Assembly: GCA_965219955.1 (NCBI GenBank)
Contig: OZ244799.1
Span: 1,312,001 to 1,376,000 of the forward strand
Length of the DNA: 64,000 nucleotides
Reading direction: 5' to 3'
Origin: a bacterium
GTDB lineage: Bacteria > UBA8248
Under the pieces are notes generated by a model, which saw only the letters and a program-made list of their open reading frames with translations, made no database searches and was not told the origin of the DNA. Of the stretch, positions 1 to 9,274 are shown in pieces. Position 1 is the stretch's first letter. The number at the start of each line of letters is the position of its first letter. Both the position numbers and the translations under genes were made by a program.

Positions 1-973
1 AACTGATGCGCGAATCCCCCGCGAGATACTCGGCCACCTTCTGCGCGTTCTCGCAGTGGCGCCCCATGCGCAGGGGCAGGGTTTCCAGACCCAGGGCGAA
101 CAGGAAGCCGTTGAGCGGGCCCAGGCACGACCCGATGTCGCGCAGGCTCTCCGCGCGCGCCTTCATGAGGAAGCCCAGTTCCCCGAAAGTCTCGAAGAAG
201 CGCAGCCCGTGATAGCCCGGCGAGGGGTCGGTCATGCCGGGGAACTTTCCGTTCGCCCAGTCGAAGCGCCCCGAATCCACCATGACGCCGCCGATGCTCG
301 TGCCGTGCCCGTCGATGAATTTCGTGGCCGAATGCAAAACGATGTCCGCCCCCCATTCAATGGGGCGGCAGAGGTAGGGGGTGGCGAAGGTGTTGTCCAC
401 GACGAGGGGAACGCCCGCATCTTCCGCGATTTTCGCGAGGGCTTCCAGGTCGGCGATGTTGGTGGCCGGATTCCCTATCGTCTCACAGTAGATGACGCGC
501 GTTTTCTCCGTCACCGCGGCCCGAAAGTCCTCCGGCCGCGTCGGGTCGACGAACGTCGTGTGGATGCCGAGTTTTCTGAGCGTGATGTCGAACTGCGTGT
601 AGGTGCCCCCGTAGAGGGCGGCGGAGGAAACGATTTCATCCCCCGGGTTCGTCAGGGTGAACAGCGCGACGAACTGCGCGGCCTGGCCCGAGGCCGTCGC
701 CAGCCCGCCGACGCCTCCCTCCAGAGCGGCGATGCGCTCCTCGAAAACGCTCGTGGTGGGGTTTCCGATGCGCGTGTAGACGTACCCGTAATCCTGCAGG
801 GCGAAAAGGCCCGCGGCGTGCTCGTCGTCGTCGAAAACGAAACCGGTGGACTGGTAGATGGGCACCGCGCGCGCGCCGGTGGCGGGGTCGGGCCGCGCGC
901 CCGCATGGAGGGCGTTGGTGTCGAAGTGAAACGCTCTGGGCGCCGTTTCCTCGGGCCTGGATTCCTCGTTCAT
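1..973 (-). CDS. metY: O-acetylhomoserine aminocarboxypropyltransferase / sulfhydrylase (3' end runs off window)
   Basis: Manual translation from ATG 973 (GGAG upstream): [69 protein letters not shown] (PLP lysine). Not in the ORF track because it lacks a stop in the window. Confidence 0.9.
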   Translation of the reverse strand, partial: MNEESRPEETAPRAFHFDTNALHAGARPDPATGARAVPIYQSTGFVFDDDEHAAGLFALQDYGYVYTRIGNPTTSVFEERIAALEGGVGGLATASGQAAQFVALFTLTNPGDEIVSSAALYGGTYTQFDITLRKLGIHTTFVDPTRPEDFRAAVTEKTRVIYCETIGNPATNIADLEALAKIAEDAGVPLVVDNTFATPYLCRPIEWGADIVLHSATKFIDGHGTSIGGVMVDSGRFDWANGKFPGMTDPSPGYHGLRFFETFGELGFLMKARAESLRDIGSCLGPLNGFLFALGLETLPLRMGRHCENAQKVAEYLAGDSRIS

Positions 974-1100
974 GTGCACTCCTCGAAAAATGGCTTGGTT
1001 CCGGTTTTGTAATCTCTCGGATTCATTAAAGCAAGCGGCGACGCTGAAGGAAAGGCCTCCACAGGGGGGCTTGTTGAAAGCCGGAGAGGGGAAATTTATT

Positions 1101-1171
1101 TGTAGGGGACGCATACATGCGTCCCTGCTTTTTCGCCGCCCGCCACGGGCCGCATGTATGCGGCCCCTACA
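1101..1171. repeat. GTAG-family REP-like inverted doublet
   Basis: TGTAGGGGACGCATACATGCGTCCC ... GGGCCGCATGTATGCGGCCCCTACA. Confidence 0.8.
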
Positions 1172-1199
1172 TTCCCTCCGGCAAGGCGGTATCCCGCCA

Positions 1200-1340
1200 C
1201 CGTCATTCCGGCGAAAGCCGGAATCCATTTGCGGATGTGGGAGAATCAATGACGGCGTTTCATTCCCCACCCGATGCGCGGGAACCCTGACGAAAGGCAA
1301 AAGGCGTAAAAATGGATTCCGGCTTTCGCCGGAATGACGG
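1200..1340. repeat. CGTC-family palindromic doublet, subtype A
   Basis: CCGTCATTCCGGCGAAAGCCGGAATCCA ... TGGATTCCGGCTTTCGCCGGAATGACGG; near reverse complement of 3318-3456 including the spacer. Confidence 0.9.
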
Positions 1341-1511
1341 TCAAAACCCAAAACCAGTCGGAGGAGCAGGCGTCAATTCCTCCTCAATAGGCTTTCCAAA
1401 CCACCCCGCAAAGAGGCGAATTCTCATCAGGAGCGTTGATTTTCTCTCCCCGGCTGCACCATAATCCATACTCGTTGCGACGCGCCCGCCCCCCACGTTA
1501 TGTGAAAAGCC

Positions 1512-2267
1512 ATGGCTCGAATACTTCTTTGCAATGATGACGGCATCGATTCGGAAGGATTAAAGGCTCTGTACTCGGCTCTCGCCCCGCTGGGGGATTT
1601 GCTCGTCGTGGCGCCGGACAGGGAGCAGAGCGCTGCGGGACACTCCTTGAGCCTGCATCGCCCCCTGCGAATCAACGAATTGGAGCACAACTGGTTCGCC
1701 GTGGACGGCACGCCCACCGACTGCGTCAACCTCGCCTTGAACGGCCTGTTCAAGAACGAGCACCCCGACATGCTCGTCTCCGGCATCAACAAGGGTGGAA
1801 ACCTCGGCGACGACATCACCTATTCGGGAACCGTGGCCGCGGCGATGGAGGCCACCCTCCTGGGGCTGCCCGCGGTGGCGGTCTCACTCGCCCACGAGGA
1901 TGGGGAGACCCTCAATTTCGAGTTGGCGAAAAAAGTTGCGCGCGCCGGCGCGAGGGAAGTACTATCCCGGGGGCTGGAGCCGGGCGTTCTGCTGAACGTC
2001 AACGTCCCGAATATTTCTCCCAAAAAATGCCGGGGGGAGAGAATCACCCGGCAGGGCAAGCGCGTTTACGAGGAGGCCATCGTCGAGAAAATCGACCCGC
2101 GCGGACGCGAGTATTACTGGATAGGGGGAGGGAGCCTCCACTGGAAGGATGAACCCGACACGGACTTCGAGGCGGTTTCGAACCACCAGGTCTCCATCAC
2201 GCCCCTGAGGCTCGACCTGACGGACTATGACGCGATGAAAGGGCTGGAATCTTGGCGTTTTCATTAA
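1512..2267 (+). CDS. surE: 5'/3'-nucleotidase SurE
   Basis: ILLCNDDG, VAPDREQSAAGHS, GTPTDCV, SGINKGGNLG, YSGTVAAA. Confidence 0.97.
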   Translation: MARILLCNDDGIDSEGLKALYSALAPLGDLLVVAPDREQSAAGHSLSLHRPLRINELEHNWFAVDGTPTDCVNLALNGLFKNEHPDMLVSGINKGGNLGDDITYSGTVAAAMEATLLGLPAVAVSLAHEDGETLNFELAKKVARAGAREVLSRGLEPGVLLNVNVPNISPKKCRGERITRQGKRVYEEAIVEKIDPRGREYYWIGGGSLHWKDEPDTDFEAVSNHQVSITPLRLDLTDYDAMKGLESWRFH

Positions 2268-2932
2268 ACGGAAGAAAGGAAAACCGCTGGCGTCGCTCTC
2301 GCGACGAGATGGTGGATAAACAAATCATCGCCCGTGGAATCGCGGACGCCCGCGTCATCGAGGCCTTGCGCGAGGTGCCGAGGCATCATTTCGCGCCCGA
2401 GATATTTCGCGAAACCGCCTATGCGGACAAAGCGCTGCCCATCGGACACGGGCAGACGATCTCCCAGCCCTACATGGTGGCCGCCGCGCTCGAGGCCCTG
2501 GAACTCGAAGGCGGGGAGAAGGTGCTTGAGATCGGGGCGGGTTCGGGTTACCTTACCGCGCTTTTGGGGAGGCTCGCGGGCTCCGTCCGCGCGATCGAGC
2601 GGGTGCCCGAACTCGCGGTGAGAGCCAGGGAGCGGCTTGATTCTTTCGGCCTGACGAATTATATGCTCTGGACGGCGGACGGCACCTACGGCTGGCCGGA
2701 GGAGGCGCCCTTCGACGCCATCGTGAGCGCGGCGTCGGCGCCTCGCGTGCCGGAGCCATGGGTGCGGCAGATCGCTCCCGGCGGGCGAATCGTCATGCCC
2801 CTGGGCGAGGGGGAGAAGCAGACCCTCGTTCGGTTCCGCGCCTCCGGAACGGGTGAAGTGCTCCCGCCCGAGGAACTGGTGAACTGTGTTTTCGTGAAAC
2901 TTGTGGGAAAATACGGCTGGGAGAACCCGTAG
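2252..2932 (+). CDS. pcm: Protein-L-isoaspartate O-methyltransferase
   Basis: GQTISQPYMV, VLEIGAGSGY, GWPEEAPFDAI; follows surE. True start could be ATG 2309. Confidence 0.95.
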   Translation: MAFSLNGRKENRWRRSRDEMVDKQIIARGIADARVIEALREVPRHHFAPEIFRETAYADKALPIGHGQTISQPYMVAAALEALELEGGEKVLEIGAGSGYLTALLGRLAGSVRAIERVPELAVRARERLDSFGLTNYMLWTADGTYGWPEEAPFDAIVSAASAPRVPEPWVRQIAPGGRIVMPLGEGEKQTLVRFRASGTGEVLPPEELVNCVFVKLVGKYGWENP

Positions 2933-2966
2933 GCATACGGCGATTCCGCCGTCTCATGGCTTGTGT

Positions 2967-3043
<77 letters not shown>

Positions 3044-3317
3044 TTTCATATCACGCGGCAGAAACGGGTTCCCGGACTTTGATGCGCGTTGTCCCTGGTC
3101 AAGACTGCCTCAGCGATACCCGAGCAGCGAGCCATATCTCATGTAATGCTTTAATCCATTATTTTTATCCAATACTTTCAATTAGCTAAATAAAATACCT
3201 GATAATTCACTTTATATTGAATTTTGAGTTCCATCCGATCAGGAAGCAGAGAATACACTGCCGGATGGGCTGTTGAATAACCCGAATTCCGGCCCTTGGA
3301 GAGGGTGTGGTTTCGTT

Positions 3318-3456
3318 CGTCATTCCGGCGAAAGCCGGAATCCATTTTTACGTCTTTTGCCTTTCGTCAGGCTTCCCGCGCATCGATGGGGGATGAAGCG
3401 CCGTCGTTGATTCACCCGCATCCGCAAATGGATTCCGGCTTTCGCCGGAATGACGG
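3318..3456. repeat. CGTC-family palindromic doublet, subtype A (inverted copy of 1200-1340)
   Basis: Same arms, and the spacer is the near reverse complement of that at 1228-1312. Confidence 0.9.
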
Positions 3457-3457
3457 C

Positions 3458-3497
3458 GTCGTGCTCTCTCGGCAAATGTCGTGCTCTCTCGGCAAAT
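3458..3497 (+). repeat. 20-bp perfect tandem duplication
   Basis: GTCGTGCTCTCTCGGCAAAT x2. Confidence 0.9.
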
Positions 3498-3606
3498 AGA
3501 GAGAAAATCCACTCACCCCTTGAGGGGTTTGTTGAAAAAAACCTCTCCGGGAGCATCGCTTTTGCCGCCCGGAGAAGAGGGGAATTCCGATCATCGAATT
3601 GTTCCC

Positions 3607-3674
3607 CGTAGGGACAGGCCTCCGTGCCTGTCCGACAACTCGAAAAAGGACAACCACGGAGGGTTGTCCCTACG
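3607..3674. repeat. GTAG-family REP-like doublet
   Basis: CGTAGGGACAGGCCTCCGTGCCTGTCC ... GGACAACCACGGAGGGTTGTCCCTACG; close copy at 16582-16648. Confidence 0.85.
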
Positions 3675-3698
3675 CTACATCAAACCACAAACTCTCTT

Positions 3699-3870
3699 TC
3701 ATCCCGAGCAGGCGCGCCTGCGCGCCGTATCGAGGGACGGACGCGCACCCTTCGATACGCCGCCCTTCGACAAGCTCAGGACAGGCTCTTCGGCGGCTAC
3801 TCAGGATGAGGAAAATGGGGGGCGGAGCCCTGTCCCGAGCGAAGTCGAGGGGCCGCTACTCAGGGTGAGG
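3699..3870. repeat. TCATCCTGAG/CTTCGATACG-type palindromic repeat with nested inserts
   Basis: TCATCCCGAGCAGGCGCG..CGCCGTATCGAGGG..CCCTTCGATACGCCGCC..GGCGGCTACTCAGGATGAG; related copies at 6874-6987 and 9844-10041. Confidence 0.8.
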
Positions 3871-3956
3871 GGGGAGAGGTTTTTCAACAGCCCCCACAAG
3901 AGGCGAGCAAGAAAACTCCGGGGAAAAAGCCGTCGCCGGAATATATCTTTCCCCAC

Positions 3957-3991
3957 AAAAAAGAGGCGCCCCGTTTGGGACGCCTCCTTTT
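3957..3991 (-). terminator. Rho-independent terminator of the second metY
   Basis: Minus strand GAGGCGTCCC-AAAC-GGGGCGCCTC followed by TTTTTT, just after the stop at 4014. Confidence 0.8.
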
Positions 3992-4013
3992 CGTTTCTCT
4001 CTTGCGATGCGCG

Positions 4014-5318
4014 CTATGCGGCGTCCAGGGCCTGTTCGAGATCGGCGATGATGTCGTCGATGTGTTCGATGCCGATGGAAAGCCGCACGTAGCCCGGCGT
4101 CACGCCCGTCTGCTCCTGCTCCTCGGGGCTGAGCTGGGAGTGCGTGGTGCTGGCCGGATGGATGGCGAGGCTCCGCGCGTCGCCGATGTTCGCCACGTGG
4201 TAGAACATCTTGAGCGCGTTGATGAAGTTCTGGCCCGCCTCGTAGCCGCCGGTGAGGTCGATTCCGACCAGGCCGCCGTAGCCGCCCTTGAGATACGTGT
4301 CGGCGCGGCGGCGGAATTCCCCGTCCATGAGGCCCGGGAAAATCGTGGTGTTCACCTTGGGATGCGCATTCAGGTAGTCCGCCACGGCGGCGGCGTTTTC
4401 GCAGTGGCGCTCCATCCGCAGGGGCAGGGTTTCGAGGCCTTGCAGGAACAGGAAGGTGTTGAAGGGGCTCATCGCCTGGCCGGAGTCGCGCAGGAGCGTG
4501 ACGCGCGCCTTGATGATGTAGGCGATGGGGCCGAGCGGCTTGACGGCCTGGCTCCACACGGCGCCGTGGTAGCTCGGGTCGGGCTGGTTCAGGTAGGGCT
4601 GCCTCTCGGGGTGCGCCTCCCAGTCGAAGTTCCCGGCGTCGATGATGATGCCGCCGATGGAGTTGCCGTGCCCGCCGATGTATTTCGTGCAAGAAGAAGC
4701 GATGACGGCCGCGCCGTGCTCGAAGGGTTTGCACAGCCCGTGGGCCGCCGTGTTGTCCACGATGAGGGGAATCCCCAGCTCACGCCCGAGGTCGGAGACT
4801 TCCCGGATCGGGAACACGTGGAGTTTGGGATTCGGCAGCGTCTCGGCGTAGTAGGCGCGCGTCTTCTCGTCCGTCGCCCGGACGAAATTCTCCGGGTCTT
4901 CGGGGTCCACGAAGCGGCACTCGATGCCGATGTCGTCCAGCTGATTCGCGAAGAGGTTCCACGTGCCGCCGTAGAGGTCCGTCGAACTCACGATGTTGTC
5001 CCCTGCGCGCGCCACGTTCATCACCGCCATCATCGAGGCCGACTGGCCCGAGGATACGGCGAGGCCGCCGACGCCGCCCTCGAGAGCCGCCAGGCGTTTT
5101 TCGAGCACGTCGTTCGTGGGGTTCATGATGCGCGTATAGATGTTGCCGAGCTCCTTGAGCGCGAAAAGATCGGCCGCATGGTCCGTGCTGTCGAACTGGT
5201 AGGAGGACGTCTGGTAGATCGGCACGGCCACGGCGTTCGTGGCGGAGTCGTTGCGGTATCCGGCGTGCAGGACGATTGTTTCTTTGTTGCTGAGTTCCAA
5301 CTCTGTTTCCACTGTCAT
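4014..5318 (-). CDS. metY: O-acetylhomoserine aminocarboxypropyltransferase, second paralogue
   Basis: ETIVLHAG, AVPIYQTSSY, GNIYTRIMNPT, DLYGGT, SCTKYIGGHG, HVANIGDARSLAIHPASTTH, RLSIGIE. Confidence 0.93.
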   Translation of the reverse strand: MTVETELELSNKETIVLHAGYRNDSATNAVAVPIYQTSSYQFDSTDHAADLFALKELGNIYTRIMNPTNDVLEKRLAALEGGVGGLAVSSGQSASMMAVMNVARAGDNIVSSTDLYGGTWNLFANQLDDIGIECRFVDPEDPENFVRATDEKTRAYYAETLPNPKLHVFPIREVSDLGRELGIPLIVDNTAAHGLCKPFEHGAAVIASSCTKYIGGHGNSIGGIIIDAGNFDWEAHPERQPYLNQPDPSYHGAVWSQAVKPLGPIAYIIKARVTLLRDSGQAMSPFNTFLFLQGLETLPLRMERHCENAAAVADYLNAHPKVNTTIFPGLMDGEFRRRADTYLKGGYGGLVGIDLTGGYEAGQNFINALKMFYHVANIGDARSLAIHPASTTHSQLSPEEQEQTGVTPGYVRLSIGIEHIDDIIADLEQALDAA

Positions 5319-5611
5319 TCCAATCACCCTCTTTCTCGAAAAAGAAAAGATATCGGCAGGGGCGCGAGAGGTCTCGCATGAACATTCCCAACCCTGCTGT
5401 TCTGGAAAAACAAAACCGAGAATCTACACAAAATCAATGGATTCGGCAAATACAATCGCGGAAAAAACCGCATCGGCGGGAATCGCCTGAAGCGGTTGAC
5501 CCGGCGAGGCCCAAGGCCCGAAGATAGCCCGCTGAATCCGGCGTCATATCTGCTTGAAAACGGCGGGGACAGAACTCGCCCATCACCTATACGAAAGGAG
5601 AAGGTAGCGGC

Positions 5612-6799
5612 ATGAGAAGACAGGCGTCACGCGCGAACCAGAACTGGATTTTCGACAATTTCCTCAAACTCTCCGACAACGAGGACGTCCTCCACCCCGG
5701 CATCATGGGCACGCGCTATGAGCGGGGTTTCAGGCACCAGGACCTCGAAGCCGTCTACTCGAAGGTCTCGGGCAGGCGCTCCATCCCCCTCCTGTGGGGC
5801 AAGCAGGCCGCTCTGCAGGAAAGCAAGGCGAAAGCGGCCGAGGAGGCGGGCAACCTCGTGACCGCCGCCATGCACTACAACCGCGCGGGCCTTTGCTACG
5901 GGCGCGGCCAGCACCTCATCCCCGTCGATGGGCATCCGCGCAAGAAGGAATACTACGCGGGCGTCTCGCGCTGCTTCGACAAGATGCGCGAGGTGAGGGG
6001 CGGCGACATCCAGAAGCACCAGGTGGAGTTCGACCCCGGCAAGAACGCGTATTTCTATTACTGGCCCCAGGAGGGCGGTGAGCCCAGGCCCACCGTGCTT
6101 CTCATCCCCGGGATGGACATGATCAAGGAGGACGGCCTTCTGCCCTACAACAACTGGTTCCATTCGCGCGGCATGAACTTCGCCATCATGGACGGGCCGG
6201 GGCAGGGCGAGTGCAACATCAACCAGGTGTGGGTGGACCACCACAACTACGCGCGCGCGGGCAGCAGGGTCATCGACTGGCTCGCCGGACGCGACGAGGT
6301 GGATTCCTCTAAAATCGGCATCATGGGCATGAGCATGGGCAGCCGCTGGACGGTGGAGATCGCCGCCCAGGACGAGCGCGTCAACACCGTCGTCGGCCAG
6401 ATGGCGAACGTGGGGCCTTCGGACATCATTTTCGACCAGGCCCAGCCCAACTTCAAGCGCATCTACATGTACATGACGAACATCCTCGATGAGGACGCGT
6501 TCGACGAGTTCGTCGAGGAGCGCGACAGCATCTGGCTGCCCCTGGTGGGCAAGATGAAGTCGAACTACCTGCTCGTGGCGGGCGACATGGACGAACTCTG
6601 CACGCCGGACGACATCGACGTGTTCTTCGATCACCTGACGTGCCCGCGCGAGCTCTGGATGTATGAGGGCGTCTTCCACCCCATGGGCGAGGTCGCGGCG
6701 GACATGTACCCCGCCATCGCCGACTGGATGCTGCACTCGCTGAACAACGGCCTGCCGGCGGATCACAACAAGCGGGTGAACGTCCCCGAAGGGGGATAG
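5612..6799 (+). CDS. Alpha/beta hydrolase (FrsA / 2,6-dihydroxypseudooxynicotine hydrolase-like)
   Basis: IPGMDMIKE, DGPGQGE, nucleophile GMSMG, GDMDEL (Asp), GVFH (His); purine-rich RBS region AGGAGAAGG upstream. Confidence 0.75.
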   Translation: MRRQASRANQNWIFDNFLKLSDNEDVLHPGIMGTRYERGFRHQDLEAVYSKVSGRRSIPLLWGKQAALQESKAKAAEEAGNLVTAAMHYNRAGLCYGRGQHLIPVDGHPRKKEYYAGVSRCFDKMREVRGGDIQKHQVEFDPGKNAYFYYWPQEGGEPRPTVLLIPGMDMIKEDGLLPYNNWFHSRGMNFAIMDGPGQGECNINQVWVDHHNYARAGSRVIDWLAGRDEVDSSKIGIMGMSMGSRWTVEIAAQDERVNTVVGQMANVGPSDIIFDQAQPNFKRIYMYMTNILDEDAFDEFVEERDSIWLPLVGKMKSNYLLVAGDMDELCTPDDIDVFFDHLTCPRELWMYEGVFHPMGEVAADMYPAIADWMLHSLNNGLPADHNKRVNVPEGG

Positions 6800-6873
6800 G
6801 CGGACGCGCAGACCTTTTGAGGGGGTATTGAATAAGCCGATTTCGGGAGCGGGCGCGCAAGCACCACCAACCT

Positions 6874-6987
6874 CCTCATCCTGAGTAGGCGCGTCAGCGC
6901 CGTATCGAAGGAGGTGAGGAACATCCCTCGACGGATGCGGGGTCTCGCCCTTCGATACGCCGCCTTCGGCGGCTACTCAGGGTGAGG
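6874..6987. repeat. TCATCCTGAG-type palindromic doublet, preceded by a TIR-like sequence at ~6820
   Basis: CCTCATCCTGAGTAGGCGCG..CGCCGTATCGAAGG ... CCCTTCGATACGCCGCCTTCGGCGGCTACTCAGGGTGAGG; GGGGTATTGAATAAGCC upstream. Confidence 0.8.
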
Positions 6988-7061
6988 GGTGTTGGGGAGC
7001 GAGAACAAAAGACGGCGCGACCCGAGCGGGCCGTTTCGAGGCGGCATCGGCGCATCGCCAC

Positions 7062-7089
7062 TTGACGAGAGCCGCGCGCCCGATAAAAT
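7062..7089 (+). promoter_or_regulatory. Candidate sigma70 promoter
   Basis: TTGACG-16 bp-TAAAAT upstream of ATG 7123. Confidence 0.45.
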
Positions 7090-7122
7090 CATTAAGTATA
7101 AATTCCGCCCCGGGATTTTCTG

Positions 7123-7572
7123 ATGCAGACCATCATCGGCGTCATCGGCGATTCCGATCCGGCTCCCGAAACGGCCGCTCTGGCCGAGGAGGCGGGCGCC
7201 GAGATTGCGCGCGCGGGGGCCGTGCTCGTGTGCGGGGGCCTGGGCGGCGTCATGCAGGCCGCAGCGCGCGGGGCGAAAGAGGCGGGCGGCCTCACGGTGG
7301 GCGTCCTGCCCACCTATGATGCAAAGTCCGCCAACCCGTTCATCGACATTCCCGTCGTCACGGGCATGGGCCACGCCCGGAACGTCGTTATCGCGGCGAC
7401 GGCCCACGCGCTCATCGCCATGCCGGGCGCGCACGGCACCCTCTCCGAGATCGCCATCGGCCTCAAACTCGGCAAGCGGGTCGTCTCCCTGGGACGCGAC
7501 GCAAGCCCTGCGGGAGTCGTCCCGGCGTCCAGCGCGCGCGAGGCCGTGCGGATGGCGCTCGGATCTTCATGA
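7123..7572 (+). CDS. LOG/SLOG-family (TIGR00725-like) protein
   Basis: IGVIG, LVCGGLGGVMQAAARGA, TGMGHARN, GAHGTLSE. Confidence 0.88.
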   Translation: MQTIIGVIGDSDPAPETAALAEEAGAEIARAGAVLVCGGLGGVMQAAARGAKEAGGLTVGVLPTYDAKSANPFIDIPVVTGMGHARNVVIAATAHALIAMPGAHGTLSEIAIGLKLGKRVVSLGRDASPAGVVPASSAREAVRMALGSS

Positions 7573-8468
7573 GGGACGACGTGAGTCTGCCCATATCAGA
7601 CATTTCGCCCGCATCAGGGTCCCGGCGGTGGCGCGCGGTGCGGCGGAGGGGCTGCCTCCTCTTTCTCTGCCTGCTCACCGGTTGCGCGCTCGTGGCGCCT
7701 CCGCTGCCGGCGCCCAAGCGAACATACCGCGATGCGGGCGGGGTCCACCACACCGTAAAGCGCGGCGAGAACCTCTGGCGCATCGGGCGCGCATACGGGG
7801 TGGGGGTCGAGCAGATCGCCGTCCTGAACGGCATCGCCAATCCCGACCGCCTGGAAGTCGGGCAGCGGCTCTTCATACCGGGCGCGAGAGCGACGCGCCT
7901 CATTCGGAAGAACGTCAGTTCCAAACCGCCCGAACGCCGCCCGCGCTGGGCGGCTCCGCGCCCCCGGAAGGCGCCGCCGCGCCGGAAGGCTTCCGTAAAG
8001 CCGACCCGCCAATCCTCCAGAAAACCGAAAAGCGCCGCCCGGGCGCATCGCGTGAAGGAGAGGAGAGCGCCGTACCGCAGGGCGTACGGCAAAAGGCCCC
8101 GGTTCTCCTGGCCTATTCGGGGACGCCTGATCCGCGGCTTCAAGAGGAGCGGCAGCCGCAAGGCCGACGGCATCCTCATCGCCGCCCGTGAGCGCGACCA
8201 GGTTCGCGCCGCCGCGTCCGGCCGCGTCATTTATTCGGATTTCGGCCCCGGCAACCTGGGGCGCCTCATCATCCTGCGCCACCACGGCGGCGAGTACCAC
8301 TCCATCTACGCCCACGTCGCCGAGAATCTCGTTCGCAAGGGGCAGAACGTCTCACGCGGGGCGCCCATTGCGCTCACGGGCCGGACGCCGCGCTTCAAGA
8401 CCGCGCGCCTTCATTTCGAGATCCGCCATCGCACGCGGCCGAAGAACCCGCTCTCCTACCTGCCGTAG
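7569..8468 (+). CDS. LysM + degenerate M23 lipoprotein (NlpD-like)
   Basis: Lipobox LLTGC, LysM HTVKRGENLWRIGRAYG, FSWP, AAASGRV, SIYAH, LHFEIR. Confidence 0.85.
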   Translation: MRDDVSLPISDISPASGSRRWRAVRRRGCLLFLCLLTGCALVAPPLPAPKRTYRDAGGVHHTVKRGENLWRIGRAYGVGVEQIAVLNGIANPDRLEVGQRLFIPGARATRLIRKNVSSKPPERRPRWAAPRPRKAPPRRKASVKPTRQSSRKPKSAARAHRVKERRAPYRRAYGKRPRFSWPIRGRLIRGFKRSGSRKADGILIAARERDQVRAAASGRVIYSDFGPGNLGRLIILRHHGGEYHSIYAHVAENLVRKGQNVSRGAPIALTGRTPRFKTARLHFEIRHRTRPKNPLSYLP

Positions 8469-8640
8469 GGCCGGTTGCGGACAGGCGGCGGCTCGGCGAC
8501 AGTCCGCTCATCCGCCTGAGAGAATTTTATGCGCGCGCCGTGGTGACACGCCCGCAAGAGAATGCTATCTAGATTTCCTGTCTTGTCACAGATGAACGCC
8601 ATACGAGGCCAAACTTCATCGTCCACGCGAGGTAGATCTC

Positions 8641-9168
8641 ATGTCCGACATCAGCCGTCTTCTGGAGCACATTCGGGACGTCCCCGATTTCCCCAAAGAA
8701 GGAATCCTGTTCAAGGACATCACGCCCATGTTCCAGAACCCCGAAGCCTTTCAGGCGGCGGTGGACCTGGCGGCGGAGCCTTTGGCGGGCGAGGGCATCG
8801 ACGTCGTGCTGGGCGTCGAGGCGCGCGGCTTCATCATCGGCGCGCCCATCGCCTACAAGCTCGGCGCGGGCTTCGCTCTGGTGAGGAAAGCGGGGAAACT
8901 CCCCTGGGAGAAGACCCAGGCGACCTACGACCTCGAATACGGCACGGACACGCTCGAAATCCACAAGGACGCCGTCGCACCCGGCGCCAAGGTGCTCATC
9001 GCCGACGACGTTCTCGCCACCGGCGGCACCGCCTCCGCCTGCGTCTCGCTCGTGGAATCCCTGGGCGGGAGCATCCACGGCTTTTCTTTCCTCATCGAAC
9101 TCGCGTTCCTGAACGGGCGCGAGCGCCTCGCTCCACACGCCGTGCGCTCTTTGATAACATACGACTGA
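8641..9168 (+). CDS. apt: Adenine phosphoribosyltransferase
   Basis: PDFPKEGILFKDITP, EARGF, RKAGKLP, DDVLATGGT. Confidence 0.97.
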   Translation: MSDISRLLEHIRDVPDFPKEGILFKDITPMFQNPEAFQAAVDLAAEPLAGEGIDVVLGVEARGFIIGAPIAYKLGAGFALVRKAGKLPWEKTQATYDLEYGTDTLEIHKDAVAPGAKVLIADDVLATGGTASACVSLVESLGGSIHGFSFLIELAFLNGRERLAPHAVRSLITYD

Positions 9169-9197
9169 CGCGCGCCTTACCGGGCGCGAATCATCAT

Positions 9198-9274
9198 GCC
9201 CCCGTAGCTCAGCAGGATAGAGCGCCGGATTCCTAATCCGTAGGCCGCAGGTTCGAGTCCTGCCGGGGGTACCA
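9198..9274 (+). tRNA. tRNA-Arg (CCT)
   Basis: GCCCCCG acceptor stem, CGGA-TTCCTAA-TCCG anticodon arm, GGTTCGAGTCC T-loop, CCA. Confidence 0.95.

Larger units (their letters stand above)
1064..1408. mobile_element. MITE-like element with degenerate TIRs carrying REP-like doublets
   Basis: Left GGGGGCTTGTTGAAAGCC and right GGCTTTCCAAACCACCCC; contains a GTAG doublet (1101-1171) and a CGTC doublet (1200-1340). Confidence 0.55.
3267..3895. mobile_element. Compound MITE-like mosaic (two left TIRs, one right TIR) with REP-like cargo
   Basis: GGGCTGTTGAATAACCC (3267), GGGGTTTGTTGAAAAAA (~3523), GGTTTTTCAACAGCCCCC (3878-3895); contains CGTC, GTAG and TCATCCTGAG-type palindromes. Confidence 0.65.

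Noticed and set aside
56-1012. Long antisense ORFs (also 3975-5381, 12061-13812, 19477-21396, 27625-29019, 44035-45909)
   Set aside because: Shadow frames of well-supported genes on the opposite strand, expected in GC-rich DNA.
972-1337. Short ORFs sharing peptides such as SFRRKPESI (also 3296-3657, 9360-10133, 16495-17031)
   Set aside because: They are translations of the palindromic repeats and have no RBS or coding features.
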